Origin: Candidatus Bathyarchaeota archaeon
GTDB lineage: Archaea > Thermoproteota > Bathyarchaeia > Bathyarchaeales > Bathycorpusculaceae
NCBI GenBank assembly: GCA_963780185.1
Contig: CAWABA010000009.1
Coordinates: 160,001-224,000 of the forward strand
Direction: 5' to 3'
DNA length: 64,000 nt
The notes under the pieces were generated by a model. The model was not told the DNA's origin and ran no database searches. It worked only from the letters and a program-made list of their open reading frames with translations. Of this stretch, positions 18,079 through 26,223 are shown in pieces. A program made the position numbers and the translations under genes. Numbering within the stretch: the stretch's first letter is position 1; the number at the start of each line of letters is the position of its first letter.

Positions 18079-18975
18079 ATCAAAGTACTAAGCAACCCCA
18101 CCCCTCCCCCTATCCGTGAAGTCGCCACAAAATCAATAACCACACTAAAAATTCAACAAGGCAAACTTGAACAAGCCAGTTACCGCCTCAAAGAAAGAGA
18201 CCGAATACTTTTTGAATCGTGCATGGGCGCACTGAAAAAAAATAACCGTGAAAAAGCCGCCATATGCGCGACGGAACTGGCTGAAGTAAGAAAACTTGTA
18301 AAGTTTCTCTACAACGTCCAATTAGCTATTGAACGAGTAATGATGCGCCTCGAAACCATAAGAGAACTAGGCGACATCGTTACTGATCTAAAGCCTGCCC
18401 TGCGTTTACTGCAAGGCGTTTCCCAAGAGCTGTTCCAGGTTCTTCCCGACGTCAGCTCGGAGCTTGACAGCGTTAACGTCGCAATCCAAGACACGTTGCA
18501 CGCAGCCAGCATCACAACTGACGAAAACGTGATTCCTGTCGGCAAAAAAACCGAGGGCGGCGAAGCAATCCTTAAAGAAGTTACATCGTTCATGCAGCAG
18601 AAAATATCTGAAACCCTTCCTGAGCCTCCGATTGGAGCGCCGCAGGTGAAGGAAAAGACCCCCATCAGGGAGATGGTTGCCTTAACCGCAACTTCTTCGC
18701 AGATGATCGGGCACAAAACCACGGAGGAAACCGGGTTTGACCCCGAGAAGTCCCTGTTTTCCTACAAGAAGCAGGAGATAAAAGAGTTCTCGCTTAGAGT
18801 TCAGAACCAGTCGCTTGAAGACGTCTTGATGGAGTATGTCCGCAAGACCAACGGGGAAATCGACCTCAGCCGATGCTCAAGTGAACTTCAAACTTCAAAC
18901 GAAGAAATAGAGCGTGCCCTCGAAAGTTTAGGAACAAAGGGCAAAATAAAAATTGAGTTAAAATCGCCAGAGTAG
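18079..18975 (+). CDS. cdvB: ESCRT-III CdvB with a C-terminal winged-helix domain
   Basis: Snf7 core, LPEPP MIM2-like motif and a wH tail (YVRKTNGEIDL...ALESLGTKGKIKI). The Snf7 helix extends 48 codons upstream of ATG 18223 to ATC 18079, which sits 8 nt after GGAGG. Confidence 0.88.
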   Translation: MKVLSNPTPPPIREVATKSITTLKIQQGKLEQASYRLKERDRILFESCMGALKKNNREKAAICATELAEVRKLVKFLYNVQLAIERVMMRLETIRELGDIVTDLKPALRLLQGVSQELFQVLPDVSSELDSVNVAIQDTLHAASITTDENVIPVGKKTEGGEAILKEVTSFMQQKISETLPEPPIGAPQVKEKTPIREMVALTATSSQMIGHKTTEETGFDPEKSLFSYKKQEIKEFSLRVQNQSLEDVLMEYVRKTNGEIDLSRCSSELQTSNEEIERALESLGTKGKIKIELKSPE

Positions 18976-19002
18976 GAAAAAGGAGAAGGAGAGAGAAAAT
19001 AG

Positions 19003-20178
19003 ATGAGCGCTTCAAACGAACTTGAAAAAGCAGCGACAGCGTATGCCTTGGATGCTGTACGTTTAGATAAGCAAGGCCAAAAGGGAAGAGCAATCACACT
19101 TTACCAAAAAGCAATCGAAGCCCTCTTGCAGCTTGTCCAACTTTACCCCGAATACGGTTTAAACAAAGTCTACGTTCAGCGAGCAATCGCCTACCAGGAA
19201 AGAATCAAAGCGTTGCAGGGAGCCGTTTCCTCTACAGAGATGAATGAGGCGGCAAACAACAGCGAAGGCGGAGGAGCCACAATGGACGCCAGCGGCGGAG
19301 TCTCAAAGCCAAATGAAGAGCTTGTCATGACTGAGAAACCTAAAGTAAACTGGGACGAAGTAGTAGGTTTAGACGTCGCAAAAAAAGCCGTCAAAGAAGC
19401 TATCGTTTATCCAGTTCAAAGACCCGACCTGTTCCCGCTAGGTTGGCCGCGAGGTATACTGCTTTTCGGTCCTCCAGGCTGCGGCAAAACCCTGTTGGCA
19501 GCGGCGGTTGCAACGGAGATCGACGCCAACTTCTACTCGATTGATGCAGCTTCCATCATGTCTAAGTGGCTTGGGGAAGCAGAACAGAACGTCGCTAAAC
19601 TTTTCGGTTCAGCCCGCAAATCCGCAATCGAAGGCAGACCAGCAATCGTGTTCGTCGACGAGTTAGATTCTTTGATGGGTGCGCACTCAAACGAAGTCGG
19701 CGGAGAAATCCGTGTCCGCAACCAATTCCTCAAAGAAATGGACGGCATAGTGGACAAAGGCAAAAACCTTCACGTTTACGTCATCGGCGCAACCAACAAG
19801 CCGTGGGATCTGGACTGGGCATTTATCCGTCGGTTCCAGAAGAGAATCCTTGTCCCGCTCGCAGACAACGCAACAAGACTCAACATGTTCAAAGTTTACA
19901 CGAGCACTCTGCAGATCGCCGGCGACGTTGAACTCGACGAGTTGGCGCGGATTTCCGAAGGCTTCTCAGGAAGCGACATACGGGACGTTTGCCAATCAGC
20001 ACAGCTTAGTCTGATAGGAGAATTCTTCGAGTCAGGCCAAGCAATGGACAAAGCAGCGAATCCGCGGGCTCTGACGATGGCTGACTTCCGACAGATCCTT
20101 GAAGAACGCAAACCAAGCGTCTCCCTTGACATGCTAACGGCATATAACCGTTGGTTCGAAGCATTCAAAGCACTCTAA
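19003..20178 (+). CDS. cdvC: Vps4-like AAA+ ATPase CdvC (MIT + AAA)
   Basis: N-terminal MIT domain (AVRLDKQG...AITLYQKAI), GPPGCGKT, FVDELDS, ATNKPWDLD and RRFQKRI. Confidence 0.95.
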   Translation: MSASNELEKAATAYALDAVRLDKQGQKGRAITLYQKAIEALLQLVQLYPEYGLNKVYVQRAIAYQERIKALQGAVSSTEMNEAANNSEGGGATMDASGGVSKPNEELVMTEKPKVNWDEVVGLDVAKKAVKEAIVYPVQRPDLFPLGWPRGILLFGPPGCGKTLLAAAVATEIDANFYSIDAASIMSKWLGEAEQNVAKLFGSARKSAIEGRPAIVFVDELDSLMGAHSNEVGGEIRVRNQFLKEMDGIVDKGKNLHVYVIGATNKPWDLDWAFIRRFQKRILVPLADNATRLNMFKVYTSTLQIAGDVELDELARISEGFSGSDIRDVCQSAQLSLIGEFFESGQAMDKAANPRALTMADFRQILEERKPSVSLDMLTAYNRWFEAFKAL

Positions 20179-20465
20179 TGGAGGGCAAAAACAAAACCGA
20201 AAAATGGGTTGGGTGGAAAGGCCTGGAGACTTATGTTTTTTACGCTCTCCCTTCTCCCCCCTCAAATTATCTCCAGACCCCACAACCCAACAAAATTTTT
20301 TTGAACGAACCGTTGAGACTTGTTTTTTGGCTTTCCCAAAAGTCAAAAAATAGGAAAAAAAGAATTAGTTAACGCAATCCAAGCAAACGTAACGAGTTTT
20401 GTCTGAATTACAACTATACAAAACTTAAAGACAAAGTCACGTAATAAGAGATAGCGGTGTCGCTC

Positions 20466-21226
20466 TTGGCTGACCCAACAACCGAATTAGCGAAGGAATT
20501 CTTGGAGATAAACAATTACATAGTGAGAAAGGAAACTAAATTTAAAAAGAACAAGAAGAAACAGGGAACTCCTAGTCGATATTGACATTATTGCAATAAG
20601 TCCTAAAGGTATTCAAACAAAAGAGCTACAGCTCGGTGAATGCGTACTAGCTGAAGTCAAGAACTGGTCTATACGAAATAAGATAACTTTGGATGAAGTG
20701 TACAAAGATAAGTTTCATTTCATTGAGTCACAGAAACAATCTGCTTGGTCGCAATTGAAAGAACTCATGCCAACTAGAAAGTTTGATAGGGTAATCTTCT
20801 GTTTTGCGACAAACCAATCTACATATGATTATGCATTGAACAAGTATGGCATTAAAATGATAACAACGGGTCAAATGATTAAGAGCATAGCAAGTGCTGT
20901 AAAAACTTGTGGGAACTTCACCTATTACCCTGAAAGATACAATTATCATGTCATAAGAAGCTTAATGCAATATTTGTACAAGTGTAGTCTTTACAAAGAC
21001 GAGTCTGACTTTAGAAGACATAGTCTGGATAGACTCGTATAACGAGAAGAGATACAGGAACATGTTTGCTGACCGAAACTCCAAATTTTTTGAAGAATTC
21101 GTTTATCAGCAATCATCTGGTGAAATTTTCTCCAAACTTCTTGAACGCTGTGAAAAAAATGACCCTGATTGGTTAAAGCGCAAACTAAAAGAGAACCCGC
21201 AGTTTTGGAAATACTTAACCAGTTAG
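20466..21226 (+). pseudogene. Frameshifted PD-(D/E)xK restriction-endonuclease-like gene
   Basis: Joining frames gives MADPTTELAKEFLEINNYIV...DIDIIAISP...LAEVKNW...FWKYLTS*. Frame breaks lie near 20575 and 21000-21045. AT-rich. Confidence 0.65.
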
Positions 21227-21272
21227 CAAACCATACAACCTTAAAGCTGAAAAAGAATTAAGAGAAAGGGCA

Positions 21273-21382
21273 CATGGGCATGCTTGGAATTTAGACTGAC
21301 GCTTTCACCTGAGGCGTTCCGAAATGGAAATACTTTCTGCAGGGGTTCGCAGGTTCGAATTCTGCCCGCAGAATTGCCCATG
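21273..21382 (+). ncRNA. Putative structured RNA or degenerate tRNA 3' half with a T-arm
   Basis: Closing stem CATGGGCA/TGCCCATG, two internal hairpins, and TTCTGC/GCAGAA enclosing a T-arm GCAGG-TTCGAAT-TCTGC. TTAAAG lies upstream and a T-run downstream. Confidence 0.45.
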
Positions 21383-21609
21383 AGTTTTCTTCGTTGAAGT
21401 TTTGGTTGTCTCATTTGGGAATTTAGTGCCTAAGCTTTGAATGCGGCAATCTATGAGTTCGGTTTATGTGTTCGGCAAAGCTGGAAATGCTTCTTTTTTT
21501 TAACGCGGAATTCAATGCTGGAAGTCGTAGCTTAATCTAAACAAAGAAACCGTGAAAAGTGAAATTTAGACAGGCAGATGTTCAAATAATCAAACGTTAA
21601 TTCATGCTT

Positions 21610-21939
21610 TTAGATGTCTGTTCGGTTTCTCTGGAATTCCGCTCCGCATGCCAATAATCCGCTCAGGTGGTTTTCGACTTTGAACCTGTATGTTTGGGCG
21701 TTTCCTATTTTTCTTGTTTGGGCGACTAACCCCATTTTCTCCAGTTTTTCAAGTGCCGTTTTGGTTGTTTTATAGGATTGGTTGGTTGATTCTGCCAAAA
21801 TAGAAATTGTTTGCTCCATGTTCCCAACGATTAGGGCTTGGTCAAGGAGGCGCGCGACTGGTCCACCAAATACGCTTGTAAATGGTCCTCTTGTGGCGTA
21901 TTCTTCGGCATCTTTTGATTCTTTTTTAAGTAGTTGCAT
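21610..21939 (-). CDS. Winged helix-turn-helix DNA-binding protein
   Basis: TISILAESTNQSYKTTKTALEKLEKMGLV..TRKIGNAQTY wHTH pattern, GGAG RBS. Confidence 0.8.
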   Translation of the reverse strand: MQLLKKESKDAEEYATRGPFTSVFGGPVARLLDQALIVGNMEQTISILAESTNQSYKTTKTALEKLEKMGLVAQTRKIGNAQTYRFKVENHLSGLLACGAEFQRNRTDI

Positions 21940-21968
21940 TTGGCTAGTCCTTACTCCCGCTTTAATAA

Positions 21969-21997
21969 TGCGTTAATCTTGCGTTACTAATGCGTTA
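21969..21997. promoter_or_regulatory. Three TGCGTTA direct repeats with 11-bp period (operator array)
   Basis: TGCGTTA at 21969, 21980 and 21991, abutting TTATAA and just upstream of the wHTH gene. Confidence 0.7.
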
Positions 21998-22104
21998 TAA
22001 TTATGGCGGAAGTGCCACATAAGTTTTACTATTCTCCAATGAGATTGTAAAAAATTCCAATTAACCAAAAAGCTTAAAACAATTTCAACTCAAACTTTGT
22101 AAAC

Positions 22105-22455
22105 ATGCCCAATAATCGGCTCTCCTCACTAAAGCCAAAAGAGCGCATGCTTGCAGGGTTCATTCTACATAAACTGTGGCTAGACAGGTATTGGTGTGGT
22201 GAAGGCAGAAGGCAGCATTTGGGCCATACTTCCATCCAAAACTTGCCAAAGGGGCTTCCTAGAAGTGATGCTGGAGACGTTATGCAGGTTGCAGAGAAGC
22301 TCCGTCGGCTTGGATTTATCAGTTTTGTAAGCGCAACAGGGGACACTCATGTTTGCGCCAGTAGAGCGTCTGATATTATAGGTGAGGGACTTGTGGTTGT
22401 GAACGAGTATCGAGTGAACCATGGGTTGCCGCCGCTTCAGAGAAATCAAATATAA
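22105..22455 (+). CDS. Small hypothetical protein, probable wHTH-like fold
   Basis: HTSIQNLPKGLP...AEKLRRLGFI motif. Divergent from the wHTH gene. Confidence 0.7.
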   Translation: MPNNRLSSLKPKERMLAGFILHKLWLDRYWCGEGRRQHLGHTSIQNLPKGLPRSDAGDVMQVAEKLRRLGFISFVSATGDTHVCASRASDIIGEGLVVVNEYRVNHGLPPLQRNQI

Positions 22456-22766
22456 TGCTTATCGCAAAAACTTTACCCTGCACCCTAAAAGCCGCGTCCA
22501 TATCCGACAATGTCCGACAATAACTTCAACATAGCGTCAACATGGAAAGTCGCAATCCGCCCATCCCAAACGGGCACTGTTCAAACAGAAGCTAAGCCTA
22601 AACCAAAAAAGCAACCCAAAACACAAAGACCCAACGCGGAAAGTCGCAACTTTCACCAAACCAAAAGTCGCAACTTAAAAAAAGCTAAAAGCCAGCCAGC
22701 GCAGGTAAAAATCTTTTCGGTGGGTACAGTCAATGTTAAATATTTCGTGCATACTCTGGTTTGTTT

Positions 22767-23627
22767 ATGACATATAGATCTCAAGGTGGTTCACCGCGTA
22801 AAGATGCGACGCGGCAATCGTCAAAGTCCGCACGCGAAAAGAAGACGAAAGAGAAAAAGCAACGGGCTGCAGGAAAATACTTGGAAGAAGAAACCCAAGT
22901 TACACCGCAACAAATCGTTGAAAAAACCCTCGGCTGCTTAAGCAGGTTGGGCAGCCAGATTTTTGCTCTCTCACCTTTCAGCCAATACTTTGACCCTTGG
23001 ATCGTGAACCTGCGGCAAATCATCTTTGAATTCGAATCGAACCCCGCCATAAAAGCGGACGAGCAGTTTGTTAAGGAACGCACGCAGGTTTTCCTTGACG
23101 TTGAAGCAGCGCTCGCGGAGAAAAGGGTTCAGGAAGGAAGCCTAACCGGTGAAGCCAAAGAATTAGTAGACAATAACCATCTGCTGGTGGAAACCGACAA
23201 AGAATACGCGGAGAAAACGCGGCAGTTAAGCAACAAACGCAACGTCGATGTGCAACGTTTAAGCACGGAAATCCGTGAGATGGAAGATGATGTGGCAAGT
23301 CAGGAACAAATCAAATTCAGCTTCTACAAGTTCAACGCCAAAAAGAAGGCGGCGGAAAACCTTGCCCAAGCGAGGCAGGCGCTCAAATCTAAGAAAGCAG
23401 AGCTGGAAGTGACACTTTCAAGCTTCACTGCTGACCAAGAAAAACTGCATGACAGCTACGAGAAAAAGAAGCAGGATATCACAGATAAAATCGATAGCCT
23501 ACATAAGACCCTTGAAAAACTTGAAACCGACACATCCGTTGAACCGCGCCAAGCAGCATGCAACGCATTGGCAAATTCGGTAAACGCCCTTCTGCAAAGA
23601 ACCCCGCCGACGACTGAAGAGCAGTAA
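22767..23627 (+). CDS. Coiled-coil protein of unknown function
   Basis: Basic disordered N-terminus, a helical domain and a long heptad-rich region. ATG at 22767. Confidence 0.8.
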   Translation: MTYRSQGGSPRKDATRQSSKSAREKKTKEKKQRAAGKYLEEETQVTPQQIVEKTLGCLSRLGSQIFALSPFSQYFDPWIVNLRQIIFEFESNPAIKADEQFVKERTQVFLDVEAALAEKRVQEGSLTGEAKELVDNNHLLVETDKEYAEKTRQLSNKRNVDVQRLSTEIREMEDDVASQEQIKFSFYKFNAKKKAAENLAQARQALKSKKAELEVTLSSFTADQEKLHDSYEKKKQDITDKIDSLHKTLEKLETDTSVEPRQAACNALANSVNALLQRTPPTTEEQ

Positions 23628-23653
23628 ACGCGGCAAGCGCTAAACTGCCGAAC

Positions 23654-23878
23654 TTAGTTGGCTTTAAGCGGGTTTACGCTTGGCTGCTCACTTAGTTGCT
23701 GTTGCCCCATCAGGGTCTTAAGAGTTTTAGCTTCTTCCCGCAGAGAAGCAACCTCAGATTCCAACGCGGAGGCTTTTGCATCAGCCATTTTTTTGAGGTC
23801 ATCAATTTCAGCAAGAAGACTCTTCTTTTCAGCTTCCAAATTCTTGATTTTCTCAATCGTGTTTTGCAGGCTACTCAT
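23654..23878 (-). CDS. Small coiled-coil protein
   Basis: 74 aa with a continuous heptad pattern, GAGGGG RBS. Confidence 0.75.
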   Translation of the reverse strand: MSSLQNTIEKIKNLEAEKKSLLAEIDDLKKMADAKASALESEVASLREEAKTLKTLMGQQQLSEQPSVNPLKAN

Positions 23879-24113
23879 TCCAGTTACCCCTCAGCGGTTA
23901 TACATTTACCCGATGCACACTTAAGACTTTTGCAAAACCCAACTTTCCGAGCAAGCCGCGAAGGAAAACTTTTGCGGAAAAAGTTTGCGAAAGTGAGTTA
24001 GGGCTGTTTTGCCAAGGCAGAAAGCGGCGTTGTGGGTTGATAATGTAGTTTTTATATAGGCATTCGCAGATTAAACATATTGCTTAACGTTCATATTGTT
24101 GGATTGTGTCGGA

Positions 24114-25460
24114 ATGAGGAAGACCATATTTAAGAAGTTGGAAGCTCAAGGGCTAATCGCCAACTATAACCGTTTGAGAAAGAATTTGCCTCCTAAGCTT
24201 CCTGACCGCGCTTTTATTTGGGATGAAACTTTTCGGGAAGGCATCAAGGCGCCGACGGTTTATTTGACTTATTCGGAGCAGGTTAGGCTTGCCAAGCTGA
24301 TGGACGAGGCAGGCATCTCTTTAATCAATGTTGGTTTCCCCGCTTTATCCGAAGACGAGAAACGCAATGTTAAACGCATCGTGAACGAAAGCTTCAGCAA
24401 CGTCAAACTTACCGCGTCCGCGGAACCGACCAAAAACAGCATCAACGCCTGTTTAGAATGCGGAATCAAAGAAATCACCATTGAAACACCCATTAACGGA
24501 TTAAACCTGCAGCATAAACTTAAGCTAACTAAAGCTCAGGCTCTTGATCGGCTTGCTGACGGCATAGATTACGCGAAGAAACATGGGGCAACCGTAGACT
24601 TCGTGCTGGTTGACGGAACCCGAACAGTGCTTGAAGACATCTTGGATATTTTCGGAGTTGCAGCTAAGGCAGGAGCAAAAACCTTGGGATTAGCCGACAG
24701 CGTGGGATTCATTAGACCCCTTTCGATGCGTTATTTGATAGCTCATGTACGCGACGGGTTGCCTGACTCGATACGAAGCAAAGTCCCCTTGTCAATTCAC
24801 TGTCACAACGATTTCGGCTTGGCTACAGCTAACACGTTAGCCGCGATGGAAGAAGGCGTCGCTTACCTGCACACCTGCATCGCTGGCTTTGGTGAACGCG
24901 CTGGAATCGCGCCGTTTGAAGAAGTAGTTACAGGGGCAGAACTGCTCTACAACATTGACACTGGCATAGACATGGGAAAGATTTACCGCCTCGCCCAAGC
25001 AGCAGAAAAAGCATTCGCGCTCCCAATCCAATTCCACAAACCCATAATCGGAGAAAACATCTTCACTCATGAGGTCGAGGAAGAAGTTGAGGAAATGATG
25101 GCTCAACCCCTACTATACGAGCCGTTCCCACCTGAAATCGTAGGCAGAGAAACAACCATCTTCATAGGCAGAAGCACAGGGCAAACCTTGATTCAGAAGC
25201 TTTTAGAAAAAGCTGGAGTCCGTGCGTCTCCCCGCCAAATGGACGAGCTTTTCCGCCGTATCAAGGGTCCGCAGGAAAACCTGGACAAAGGCGAAGCGCA
25301 AATGACGTATTATCAAGTGAAACGGCTCATGAAGGACCTGCTTAAAGGCTACACGATGGATGAGTTCTGGCGACTTGTTGAGCAAGTGACAAGGCAGAAA
25401 CCGAAGCTTCCTAAAGACGAAAAGAAATCTACTCAAACCGCTGACCAACTAGTTACTTAA
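24114..25460 (+). CDS. Homocitrate/isopropylmalate synthase-like (DRE-TIM) protein with altered active-site motifs
   Basis: DETFREG, LADSVG, HCHNDFGLATAN, GFGERAG and KPIIGENIFTHE. Confidence 0.85.
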   Translation: MRKTIFKKLEAQGLIANYNRLRKNLPPKLPDRAFIWDETFREGIKAPTVYLTYSEQVRLAKLMDEAGISLINVGFPALSEDEKRNVKRIVNESFSNVKLTASAEPTKNSINACLECGIKEITIETPINGLNLQHKLKLTKAQALDRLADGIDYAKKHGATVDFVLVDGTRTVLEDILDIFGVAAKAGAKTLGLADSVGFIRPLSMRYLIAHVRDGLPDSIRSKVPLSIHCHNDFGLATANTLAAMEEGVAYLHTCIAGFGERAGIAPFEEVVTGAELLYNIDTGIDMGKIYRLAQAAEKAFALPIQFHKPIIGENIFTHEVEEEVEEMMAQPLLYEPFPPEIVGRETTIFIGRSTGQTLIQKLLEKAGVRASPRQMDELFRRIKGPQENLDKGEAQMTYYQVKRLMKDLLKGYTMDEFWRLVEQVTRQKPKLPKDEKKSTQTADQLVT

Positions 25461-25620
25461 ACAATTGCCTAAACGGTTGGAAACGACCAAACTTCCCCAA
25501 CCATTTGATTTTTTGATGGCTCCTAGCAAACGATTTGATTTTTTCGATAGCTAACTCTGAATCTGGTTTGGCTAACCAAAGAGCATAAAAAGTAAGCATG
25601 CGATAGAAGAGTGGTCTAAT

Positions 25621-26223
25621 ATGAGCCCTAAATGGCTATCAAAAACACCCGGTCAACCTGTGCCGCCTAACGCCCAGCTTCAGTTGACTTCGGAGAGGAG
25701 CCAGTTTACACTGGGAGACCACGTCAAGGGCGGAATCAAAATTGTTTCTCAAGAAGAATTCGACGTTAACCAGGCGCTTGTTTGCTTATCCTGTAACGAA
25801 AACGTCCGAAGAAACAAAGTTTGGACAAACCAATTCGGCGTTCAGCAAAGTGACTACTGGGAGAACGCAGTCACCTACAGCACCACCTTCAAACTGTTTG
25901 AATTCGTACATATCCCGCAGGGCTTCTGCGCCAGCTACCAATATGACTTGGAAATTTCACCCGCCGCAAGAGAAACACTCTACAGCATAGACCACTACGT
26001 CAAATGGCTGCTGTCCGCAGTTCTCCAAGTAAAAGACCGCCCAAACATCCTAACCCAAAACTATGAAATACAAGTCGAAAAACCAGCAGTCGACCAAGCG
26101 ACACCCGTCATCACGAAAGAGGTGGAGCGAGAAATAGTGTTAATCCCCTGCAGCTACTGCGGTTCGCTGATGCCTCAATCCGCAATCTTTTGCCCAAACT
26201 GCGGCGCTAGAAAGAAATCGTAA
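25621..26223 (+). CDS. Arrestin-N/SpoOM-like beta-sandwich protein with a C-terminal Zn ribbon
   Basis: Patterns F.LGD.V.G.I.I...EEF and YS....VKW.L.A.L....RP. C-terminal CSYCG...FCPNCG. Confidence 0.65.
   Translation: MSPKWLSKTPGQPVPPNAQLQLTSERSQFTLGDHVKGGIKIVSQEEFDVNQALVCLSCNENVRRNKVWTNQFGVQQSDYWENAVTYSTTFKLFEFVHIPQGFCASYQYDLEISPAARETLYSIDHYVKWLLSAVLQVKDRPNILTQNYEIQVEKPAVDQATPVITKEVEREIVLIPCSYCGSLMPQSAIFCPNCGARKKS

Noticed and set aside
21273-21382. Functional canonical tRNA
   Set aside because: No D-arm or anticodon arm in the proper order; only a T-arm-like module is present.
21434-21444. 11-bp inverted match to the cdvC 3' end (GCATTCAAAGC)
   Set aside because: Short, inverted and not extendable, so consistent with chance.
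22510-22770. 86-aa ORF
   Set aside because: Low-complexity product of an A/C-skewed, repeat-containing spacer that overlaps the next gene's promoter region.
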